Source of the DNA: Enoplolaimus lenunculus
Taxonomy: Eukaryota
Direction: 5' to 3'
Assembly (NCBI GenBank): GCA_030248215.1
Contig: JASANG010003711.1
Location: 558,001-622,000, forward strand
DNA: 64,000 bases
Both the position numbers and the translations under genes were made by a program. Below the pieces are notes generated by a model, which worked only from the letters and a program-made list of their open reading frames with translations, had not been told where the DNA came from and did not search any database. Positions 51,001 to 63,000 of the stretch are shown one piece after another; position 1 is the first letter of the stretch, and each line of letters opens with the position of its first letter.

Positions 51001-54000
51001 GTCCTGATGATAAAATTACTTGAATTTCTCAAGTTGATTTGTTTAGAATTAAAGCTTAATACTGCGCTCAAGGTAAATGTATAAAAGTATTTTTCGTAAA
51101 ATAGTTTTCTTTTTTTAATCAATTTTTTCTTTTTTGTCTTGTTTCAACAGTATTTAGATTGAATTACACTGGCTAATTGCTGAATTTGGAACACGACAAA
51201 AAATAACCAGTTTAACACTCAACGCTTTGGAGAACTTCATAAAAGCAAGAAAAAGTACGTTATGCTATTACCGTCACAAGGCGCATCAGTACGAGAACAC
51301 AACCGTTTGCGAAAGCTCAAACCGTACCCACAGGTTTGTGAACATTCGTTCCAAGGTTCCCATTCTGCCCAGACAGGGCAGTCACCTTCATTACATTCTT
51401 GTTCATCCGAGTCACTTTTTCCATCCAACCCAACTACAAGTATTGAAAGTTATGAATTATAATTGTCAAGTTGAAATTCAATTCTTCCAACTGCAACAAT
51501 TGTATTCCAACCATATTTCGGTGATCAAGAAGGACTTAGAAATTATTTTAGGTACCTGTTCTTGTTTCTAACCAATTCAATTCCTGTTTCCGTTTGTGTT
51601 TCGGTAGCATTTAGTTTCTGTTGAAGCTTCTGCGCTACCGTATTAAATTTTTGATTTTGTCAAGAAATAAATGATAAACAGCCAAACTGGCTTTAGAAAT
51701 GAGTTTTTAGCACCTGATCTTTGAATTGGCCCATGTATATACCAGGGCCGAAACAGTAGTATAAGCACATTCCTAAGCCTACGTCTAAGCCGAAGCCTAA
51801 GCCTAAGCGTATGGATGAGCCTATGCCTAGCAAACGTCTAAGCGTAAGCCTAAGCAAAAAGTAGTCTAAATCTTAAACTGACTCTATTATAGCCCTTTCG
51901 GAAAACGATCCGGCCCCGTTCTATACATGGGCCTCTGAATTTTGTTTCAAATAAAACCCAAACCAGCTGGTTTTATGCAACTTTTATTTTTCAAAATCCT
52001 AAAAAATACTATGTTCAACTCAGAGCATAATAGTAAAAAAGACGTTATGCTAACCGTCACAGGGTGCATCAGCATGAGAACACAGCCGTTTGCGAGTGCT
52101 TAATCCGTACCCACAGGTTTGTGAACATTCGTTCCAAGGTTCCCATTCTCCCCAGATGGGGCAGTCACCTTCATTACATTCCTGTTCATCAGAATCACCT
52201 TTACCTTCGGGACCAACTGCAAATATTTAAACCAATGATAAAAAATGTTAAGGTAATGTTTTGCAAATTTCCACACATTTATTCTAAACATACACTGCAT
52301 GTAAGTTAATTCAAGTTATTGAAATGTTTAATTTTGTGAAATGGTTGTGAAACATCAAACGAATATTTCAGTAAAACATAGCACGTTCAAATCGATCCTT
52401 TGAATTCAAAGCATGGATCATCCATGACCAGCGGCGTAGTAAATATTTCAATGTAGGCATGCAAAAATTCTGTTAACTACAGGGAACCAGATGGTAATTA
52501 TCATGTTTGTTAAAAGTATGTTTTGTCGTCTCATCAGAAATTCCGGGAGGGAATATATATCCTGCACTCCTCTACATGTATACGCCCCTGCCAGCGGTGT
52601 GGTAAATATTTTAATTTAGGCATGCAAAAAATCTACTCAGAACCAAATTACAAAAAAACCTCCAAAACAAAAAAACCCCTCTACATGTGTACGCCCCTGC
52701 CGATCACAAAACCTAAATCTGCGAAACAAAATTTAAAAGGTAAGTAACCACTTCAAACTCTAAGTTTACAATAGGTAGGAAGCTTTAAGGTATCCATGGA
52801 AAACTAAAGCCTAAGCGACTCACTGTAAGATCACTACACGTATGGCTGATTTTCAAACCTATCCCATTCAAGATAAAATCCGCAACCCAAGATTATAACC
52901 CACATGTATAATTGGAGTCTAAGCTAACCATCACATGGCGCGTCATCGCGAGAACATAACCGCTTCCTTGTGGTCAGACCGTACCCACAAGTTTTCGAAC
53001 ATTCTACCCAAGGTTCCCATTCCCCCCAAACAGGACAATCGCCTTGATTGCATTCTTGCTCGTCAAGGTCATTCTTACCATCCGGACTATCTATAAGTTT
53101 AGTTAAATTCAAAATTACAAAATATTACTAAAACTATTCTTAGTCAAAGCAACAAGTATTTTTAGTCCCAAAATACGGTTAGTGAGAAAAAACATTGCGA
53201 AAAAAACTGTTTATAAAGCTTTACGCACCATTTCAAACAGATATTCGCAAACTTCAACAACATCATACTGATTACATAAAACAAGGACAAATTTCTAAAT
53301 AAAATGAATACTAAATGAATCAAAATAACCGAAAAATTATTAACTACATAATCCAATTTGATTCTGAGCGTCTGTTTTATATTTGGTGGCCCAAAAAATT
53401 AAAACTCAGTCCAATTTTAGTTACTCTCTCTGGAAATCTAGCTTTGCCAGTCTACTAACAATTTCTCGCGTTGCGGGGCTGCTTAGACACATACAAACTA
53501 ACCCACACAAGGGGCATCATCACGTGAACATAGCCGATTCCGAGTTCTTAATCCATAGCCGCATGTTTTAGAGCAATCCCCCCAAGGCTCCCATTCTGTC
53601 CACTCAGGACAATTTCCTTCGTTGCATTCCATTTCATCAACGTCATTTTTACCGTCAGGGCCAACTGAAGTAAAATATTCAATAGCACGTGTTCGTTAAA
53701 TTAATGGTCATTTTTGCCATCAGGAACAATTCGTTTCAATTATAAATAATCAGGTCAACCACTGCCACAAACGCTGTACAATCTACAATAACTATGTGTA
53801 CACCAGATAACTTGTTTCGATTAGCAATTATAACAAACAGCAACGCACTGGATTGAAAATTTTTTAGTCAGATGCAAATCGAAGTGTACCGTAGTGGATT
53901 AAAAACACTTCCTGTACATCCCAAACACTAAAACGTTGCTCAATAAAGTATACTAAAACGTTGCTCAATAAAGTATACTAAAACGTTGCTCAATAAAGTA

Positions 54001-57000
54001 TACTAAAACGTTGCTCAATAAAGTATACTAAAACGTTGCTCAATAAAGTATACTAAAACGTTGCTCAATAAAGTATACTAAAACGTTGCTCAATAAAGTA
54101 TACTAAAACGTTGCTCAATAAAGTATACTAAAACGTTGCTCAATAAAGTATACTAAAACGTTGCTCAATAAAGTATACTAAAACGTTGCTCAATAAAGTA
54201 TACTAAAACGTTGCTCAATAAAGTATACTAAAACGTTGCTCAATAAAGTATACTAAAACGTTGCTCAATAAAGTATACTAAAACGTTGCTCAATAAAGTA
54301 TACTAAAACGTTGCTCAATAAAGTATACTAAAACGTTGCTCAATAAAGTATACTAAAACGTTGCTCAATAAAGTATACTAAAACGTTGCTCAATAAAGTA
54401 TACTAAAACGTTGCTCAATAAAGTATACTAAAACGTTGCTCAATAAAGTATACTAAAACGTTGCTCAATACAGCGGCGTCCAACGCTAACCAACACACGG
54501 AGCATCTTCGCGCGAACAGCCTCGTTCACGAACGCTAACGCCAGTTCCGCAAGTTTGTGAACACGGACTCCACGGTTGCCATTCAGACCACATTGGACAA
54601 TTACCTTCGTTACACGATTTCTCGTCAACATCACCCGTTCCGTCTGCTAAAGTATTCGTTACGACAAATCTATATATTAAAATTGGAACGCCCCACATAC
54701 GTATTTTGGGCAGCGTTCCAACAGCGTTTTGTTTACCTTACGCATGAAAATTAAGACTGTACACATCGACAACACCTTTTGTTTCGGATGTCTTAGGTAT
54801 CTGCAAAGTACTACAGTTTTTCAAAAAACAATTTTTTAATTTCGTTCACTTACACTTGAGGGGCCTAGGCAACAATTTAGCTTAGGGCCGAAGAAGCCTT
54901 AGTCCAGTTGCACATGTGAGCAACTACGCTTACTAGTTATTTTTATTTATATATGTTGTAACTTTTTTACTACATAGCATCTTGCAGAATGTTAGTACCA
55001 ATACGGTTAATAAACTTCTTAATACCTGTTATAAGAGTTCACACAAAAAATACTAAATCGTTAGCGTTAAACATAAAAGCCTAGACGCAATGCTAAACTA
55101 TAACATGCGTCAGAAATTAATGTTAGTGAACAAAACCGACCAATTACCAATTAATTTCTAATTTCTTCGTAACTCTGTTTCACCTAAACAAAGTATCTGA
55201 CTTAACAGACACTTTCTGATGGTACATCTGGAGCTGTGCTATATTTCAAACCGTTGCATTCCGTAACCCGTCTACATTAACTTCTATCTCTTAATTGGCA
55301 ATGCTTGCTACATTAGAAAATACGAACGTAAGTTTGCACACTCTTGTAAAATTGCACATAAAATAGAGACGCGGGAACGATTTTCTAAAAACGTCAAAGT
55401 TATTCATGTTTTTAAGCGGCGGAAATTAAATTAATTAATTTCAAAATTTGCAAAGTTACTTTTCAATTTTAATTGTGTCCATCGACGCCCTGAAATCCCT
55501 GTTCCCACATGTCTACATACAAGTCTGCATACAAATATGCCACATACGAAGTCAGCCTTTGTTCAAAAATCATGGTTATGATCTTATATTGTTCTATGCG
55601 TTTTAGGTTTTACACAGCCCCGGTGGAAAAAACACGCTGGTTAGTTCGAAGCAACAATTCAAGTCAACACAAAAATATATCGTTAAAAGCTCCTAAGGAA
55701 GCGAACCATGCGAAAACACGTAAAGCATTTGCATATGTTTGTGTCATTTTGTAAGGTAAAATTTACACGAACCGAAAGGTTGAATTGTGAAAAAATTCAA
55801 TATTACAACTATTTTTGCTTCGTACTAACTTTTTTAAACCAAATAGGAATAAATGCCGTGAAGAAAACTTGGTACTGTTTTAAGCTTGCTGTCACATGAA
55901 ATCTTAAGCTTTCTGTGTTATAAAAGATTCTAAGAAGCATCTTCAAATCCAAGACCGCCCGCGTCGACAGGGCAAGTTCCCGCTAGAGACGGTATGAATG
56001 CTGTTCCTCGCACTGTGTATTGTTTTTAGTTTGGTTGAATGTACGCAGTGAATTTGGTATAGTACCATGATATACTACGGTTCCGACCCACCACGTTTGA
56101 TTTACTGCAACTTACGCTCGCATTGACACGCTTTGTTGTTCATGTTCGCTCCATAACAAAATGACGTATCAACATTGCACTTTCTTTTACGTTCAGAAAC
56201 ACCTTAAACCTTTATGAAAGTTTGTAAAACCTAAACCTTAATGAAATTTCGTAAAAAGGTTCATTCGCATTTCGTTTCCACTCAAGTTTCCAGTTTTATC
56301 ATCTTGGTCACTCACCGTTCCGTCCCAAATCGTTAATACTTTGAAGCACTTTTTCTCGCTGGCGGATGCAAAAGGAGCGGCGCAAATCCATGGCCTTTTA
56401 CGGGAATAGATTCCTCGCCCGTATGACTTAAAACCAATATTTTAGTTGTTTTTCTAACAGGTTGAGCACACTTTGTTACTGCAATTCGTTGCCGATAAAT
56501 CGTTCTAAAAATAGCAACTAACCATCTCCACAGGTAACACTGCATGCAGTCCAATCGCCCCAAGGTTTCCATTTTGCACACGAATGTTCATTGCACGGTT
56601 CGGCAGTCACTGCTTCACCATTGCATTCACACGACGCATCGTTTCTATTTGAAGCGCAGTAACCATTGTCCTAGAAACAAATAATTAACATCTACTTTAC
56701 AGTCGTTACAGATGTAAAAAAACTGTCAAATCTAGATTACTAGAAAAATATGAACGTTTATTTCTATTTCATCAATAAGAAACCCGCCGGACAGTTTATA
56801 ATCTGATTCAATCCTTGCTCCAGAAACTGAGCACTTGCTGTTTGCGTCCGTCAGCAAGAGCAAAACATCTGATTCAGACAACCCAAGTTTTCAATCGATT
56901 CTAACAATTTTCGTTAGCATAAGTATTCACTAGGATCAAGCTTTACGTTGTGTCTGGCTCAGGAAATGGGCAGCACATATTCGCTCAGCATATGAGTAAA

Positions 57001-60000
57001 TTTTTAAACTTGAGCCTCCAACACCATTGAATAACTTAAGTGTCAGAAGTTCTCAAGTCTTTTCAAAACATACTGGTCAAGATTGTCTGTATATGTGCAC
57101 GATGTAAAGCAAAAAGGTTGCTGTACATCTGCACATATACCGACATATGAAGTTGTTGCAGTGGCCACGTGGTGTAGCGGTAGCATGCTTGACTCGGACG
57201 CAAGAGGCTCGAAGTCCAAGTCGCGACGTGGTCCTTATGGGCGTAACTTCGAACATGGATCGTGCAGGCTGTATGGCTCCAACAAAGATAATTACCATCG
57301 CCAATACAAAGCAATGTGATGCAATCGTATTTAAAATATAAAATTTTGAATTAAAATTGTATAGAAAATTTTTAAATCGCGACATTGGAAAAAATTTCAC
57401 ACTTACCACTTGACACTCACGCGTCCGTTCTTTTAATCCTCCGCCACAGTTTTGACTACACGGTTGCCACGGTGACCAAACATTCCAATTAGGGCATATA
57501 TGCATGTTACACTGATCGTTTGAATGATCAAGTCCAGGGCAAACGCATATTGGATCACTTGCAGCGGCTCCTAAATATATTTGGCCACAATAGAGCAGCA
57601 TTTATGGCTAAGCTCTATTCCGGCAGTAATGCAATTTTTGGTCGTCTTATAACAATTTAGTCATCGTGGAAATATGTCATTTTTTGATGCCGAGTAAACT
57701 TATCATATATCATTACTTCAACAAAACAAGCAGGATTTATGCAAAGCTCTGTACTTGTCAAATGAATGAAATATGGTAAGTTTACAAGCCGTCAAAAATG
57801 ACGAATTTCCACGATTACTAAACTAAACTTGAATAAGACCGGAAATTTAACTACTGCCGGAACAGGAACAAGTATTTTAATATCCAGTATTTGGTTATAT
57901 CCGGATGCTTCATGCCGGTACTCAGGAAAAACTACTTAAACGTAAACACTAAATTGCGGACCTAAACACATAGCCTACCAAAATTAGGCTCTTTATTGAC
58001 CATGAAACACGTACAAATTAATAAAATTGTAACAAATTCCAATGCCAGTTCTTACCAACACAGTAACTTCGGTCATTTTCGCAAATGCGTTTGCGTTCGC
58101 GCCCGCCGCCTCCACAGCTCGCCGAGCACGCGCCCCATTCTTTCCAGTTGGACCATTGAGCGCACGCAAAATCGTTGCATGATTCTGTTTTTTCTAAATT
58201 GCCGTCACACAAACACGACGAATCTGACTGTTGTACACCGCCAGTACAATAGTTTAAGTCGAAAATACACTCACGAGTTATTGTCCTGAAAATACACTCA
58301 CGAGTTATTGTCCTGAAAATACACTCACGAGTTATTGTCCTGAAAATACACTCACGAGTTATTGTCCTGAAAATACACTCACGAGTTATTGTCCTGAAAA
58401 TACACTCACGAGTTATTGTCCTGAAAATACACTCACGAGTTATTGTCCTGAAAATACACTCACGAGTTATTGTCCTGAAAATACACTCACGAGTTATTGT
58501 CCTGAAAATACACTCACGAGTTATTGTCCTGAAAATACACTCACGAGTTATTGTCCTGAAAATACAATATTCAGACATGTAGCGTAAAATGAAAAGTTTA
58601 AACATATTGATAATTAAAAAATATATGTTAAGCGGAACGAGATTTAGCATAGAGGAACTATTGTCTATGACAAAATCAGACGCTTAAAAACATACCTCTT
58701 GATCCCTATCGACCTTACAAATTTATACTTATGCACCATGAAAATTGTGTTTTGCTTCACGCTCGTTCCACAATCGAGGATTTTTCTCAGTATATATATT
58801 GCGAGCCACCTTGTCATAAATTTCTAAATCTGTTAATCATCATGTAGCAGCAAAAAAAGCATTTTGTAACCACAGCCTTGGCATAAATGACCCGCGTCAT
58901 GTGTTCAAACTTTGATTACTATTCTCCGGTTTAATAGAAACATTTGTGTAGCCAACGAGATACAGATGGATCATTATTGAGTGCCGAAAATGCAATTAAA
59001 GACGCCAATTGAGCTTTTTCGTTTCGTAGTCGGAAATCTTGGAGACTGTCGTTTCTTCGCGCAACATCACGCATAGGATTTGGTTTAGCATTATGGGCCA
59101 ATGTAAAAAACAGGGGCGGAAAAGCATTATAAGCATATTCCTAAGCCTAAGCCTAAGTGAAAGCGTAAGAATTAGCATATTCCGAAGTCTAAGCATAAGC
59201 CTAAGCCAAGCAAAAAAATTAGTATGAAAAGCTTAAGCTTACTTTCTTGCAGTCCCACAAATATACGTTCTGCCCCTGATCTTTACATGGGCCGCATTAT
59301 GTTTAGGCTTAGACTTAGATTTCGACAGCTGTCCTAGACAAGTTGTCGGCTGACGATTTGTTTTAGATTCCATTCGTGCATCGATCATGTTTACCTGGTT
59401 CCGCCTCCACATGGTTTTGTGCAGTCCGACCATGAACTCCATTGCCCCAATGATGCACACGCATGAGTGTTACACGCGCGTTTTTCGTTTGCATTACCCG
59501 GACACAGTGTGTACTGATTGCAGGTGCGTGTTCGACTTGCTTTTCCACCTAAATCCAGTTAGAGAAGTTTAACACGTCATTAATTAAACCCTCCCACGCT
59601 ATAAAGACATTTTAGAAAAATCGAATTTTTCAAAAATTTCAAATTCAGCTGTGTAATAATCAGAAGAGATAAAGAAATCGAAACATGTATACAAAATTTC
59701 CAAGTCGGACCATTGTTGACCAAACGCATGATATGAAGGATAAACAGAAGTGACCTAGAGTGCCTAAAACGTTACAGTTGCACCCAAATCACCGATAGGT
59801 GCCATGCTAAAACGAGTCAGTAGTTGGGACAGTAAAAAATGTTTTTAGCGATGAGAAATATTTCCTAAATAACAGTTAATTTCAATTTTTTTCAACTGAA
59901 CTTTACTTTGAACATCGTCCCAAATTATCTGTCTGCGGTCCAGCTTTACCTCCACAAGATTTTGAACAATGACTCCAATGTGACCATTCCAACCATTGTG

Positions 60001-63000
60001 GGCATGGATCGGGACTACAGTTTTGAGTTTGTTGCTCGACGTCAGAAGCGTAGCTGTACGTATCTCCACCACAGCGTCGAGTTCGTTTTTGAGTTCCTTG
60101 AATTTTGTTGTATAATTCGTTAATTTTAGTTTACATCTGACAGATTTTTATTGATCTTGGCGTGCAGAATCTAATTTCACAAGCGCTGAAAGTCAATTTT
60201 CCACTTTAAATTTTTCACAATAGTTTACCTACAAAATTTTAGTGCATATATGTTATCTTACGTTTCATGGCTAATGTTCGACGCTTAAACGCCGAACAAG
60301 GCTGCCTCAAATTGCTGATGTGAGTATGCATTTGACTGGGGACATATAATATTGATAGTAAAATGGCGTTAATAGCAGGATGTAAACCGATAACAAATAA
60401 CAGAAACGAATAATGATCAAAGTGATGGAAACGGGAAACGGATATTGAAGTGTAGTTTCAAAGATGTTGTGTTTTTCTGCCAACACAATAGAAACATGCA
60501 AATATTTACCACACTTTCTATAATTTTAAAGAAAAAGCAACAAATGCACTGAAATGTAATGAAAAAATTGCAAGATTTATACTTGATTTATAACTAATTT
60601 AGAGTATTATACGGCATTAAAATTTTAAATTTTTCATTGTTTACTTAGCATACAGTAGAAACGCATAGCCAGGGTTACAAAATGTCAAGGTCTGTAGTAA
60701 AACCAGAAATATACGGGTTCAATAATAAAAAATACGTTCTTGTATACTGTTCCCCACATTTAATGCTAATTGCTCAAGCGTAGACTTAGGTAAAGGTTTT
60801 GGCTAAGTTTACAGGCTTAGGCATATGTTTAGATAAGCTCTTTCCGCAGCCTACAACGAAGCCTAGTCTTAAAGTCTGTGACTAAGCCAAAGCCTGTGGG
60901 TGGAAAGGTACAAGAGCCAAAAAATGCAGTCGCCGAACAATTTTCGGTTGACAAATTGAGCGGGGTCTGAATCCCCTAAGACCCGCTCCCTGGATATGCG
61001 CGTGATAGAGCAACCACGAAATATAAATACATACCGCCACCGCAAGATGCACTACACGTTTGCCACGCTGTCCATTTGGTGCAACACGGCTGTTTGTTGC
61101 AAGGTTGACGGTCTAACGGTTCCCCTACGCAACCAGTATATGTCGAGCATTGTCTGTTACGTGTTGTTGTACCTAAAACAATACAACAACCTACTTTGAC
61201 CAGATTCAGTGCTTTCTATGCCAGGTGTCAAAACCTACCATGCTCCAAACTTAAAAATTAAACCCACATACTGTCATTTTGGATACTGTAGTTACAACAA
61301 TAAGAATCGGCGGTAAATAAGAGGAAACCATATATTTGAGTCTGAATCGAAGAAAGTTTATATCTGTGAGTCCTCAAATGGATAGTCCAAATGTCGTAAT
61401 TAGAGCTATAGAGGTCAACGGACGTAATTAGATCAGCGAATGGTTAAGGACCCAAAAAACTTCAGTCCATAACTTGATCACACCAAGCATATATTGTCAA
61501 ATTATAGAAATTTATAAAAGCAATTTAAGAGATAAGGGAATAAATCAAAAAAGAAAGCCAAAATGAATTTTTCGGTGGCATGCTGTAGTGATCCGAATAA
61601 AAGGGTGTAATAAAAGGAGTTCCCGTTTTGCGTCCCAGTCAATAGAAGTCCGTATCCCTAATAAGAGTCTTTAATTAGATAGAGTCCCTAAAACCTAATT
61701 AAAGTCCAAAAAATGTCAATTGTCCCTAATTGTAGTGCATAAGTAACTCCAGGCCCAAATAAAGTTGATTTCCAACCTTTAAACCATACAAGTTTTGAAA
61801 GTACATTCCTAAGTGTAAACCTGTCATTATCGCTCAAGCTTTTGATAAAAACAAACGTTTAATTCAACGGATAATTGCAGTACCGGATAAATATTAGTAA
61901 CAAAGGGAAGCGGTGTGCGGGTTCCGTAACCGAATAAAAGGGGGTATCCTCTGGAGAGGCCAAATAAACATCAGTCCCTTCTCTTGTTCGGGTCACTGCA
62001 GTATATTTAACTTTAAGGTTCCGGTAATTTTTCCAAACTCCGGTCCCGTTAAATTGTAATTCCGGTTGCACCGTGTGCATTTGTGAAAAAGAAACTCCGT
62101 GAATGTGCTGCTAAGACAAAGTACAAACAAAACAGTATGACAAATTTAAATCAACCAGCGTCAAACTCTAGTAATTTATTAAATTTCACTCTAACCGTTA
62201 AGGTATAATACACTGAATGCAAAAGTTGATTATCAAACCGCCTACCTTCGCCGCATGATTTGCTACACGCAGTCCAAGAGCTCCACAGCGACCATTCTGG
62301 ACACGGCTGTCCACAATCATGTTTCTCCTGAGCTGGTCCTTGACATCCATAGCCTTTGCATTTTCGATGACGCGATTTGTAACCTTAAATTCAAATACAA
62401 CTCAACCCATGATGAATCATGTTGAGCGCTTTGTTATTAACAGTAGGCGGATTTATTTGAAAAATATATCGCGAACTATGTTGCGTATATAGATATTTAG
62501 TTTGCTTCAGTGTTTCAATTCTTATGCTCTCTATACATTAGTGACTCGACTAAAAGGAATTTGGCTGATATTTATTTCCCTCCTCTAGATGATACCTTCT
62601 CTTTGTTGAGTTTTGGCTGGACTCGTTTTCAATCCAGCCCAGCTCCAGTTATTTAGACCACGCATTTTCAACCTACGCCAGCCATTTTCCACGGTTTAAG
62701 TTCTTCACTTTTGGAACACAAAGCAAACTAAAAATCCTGAACTCTATTCATTTACGGACTCTAATTAAGGAAATGAACTCTTATAAGATTTAGTCTCAAA
62801 CATGGAGAGCTCGGACACTTAATACTCCCTCTCCTCTTATTCGGGTTATTGCATCACTATAAATGCTGGGGAAATCAACTTAAAACTGGGTACTGGCGGA
62901 TCTAATCGCGACCACCCAGGCCTAATGCATTAGGTTTAGCAGTAAAATATCCTTTGGCTTATCGATCGCTTATTTGGCCAGTTTTTCCACTTATATTTCA

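Noticed and set aside
53927..58567. CRISPR-like arrays (25- and 27-bp repeats)
   Set aside because: The units are head-to-tail with no spacers, there are no cas genes, and the context is eukaryotic and intronic.
58018..58650. Stand-alone 210-aa repeat protein
   Set aside because: It is a TSR-gene exon read through the 27-bp array and flanking intron.
17140..59293. True telomere or chromosome-fusion site
   Set aside because: The TTAGGC tracts are short, degenerate and enclosed by TIRs and TSDs.
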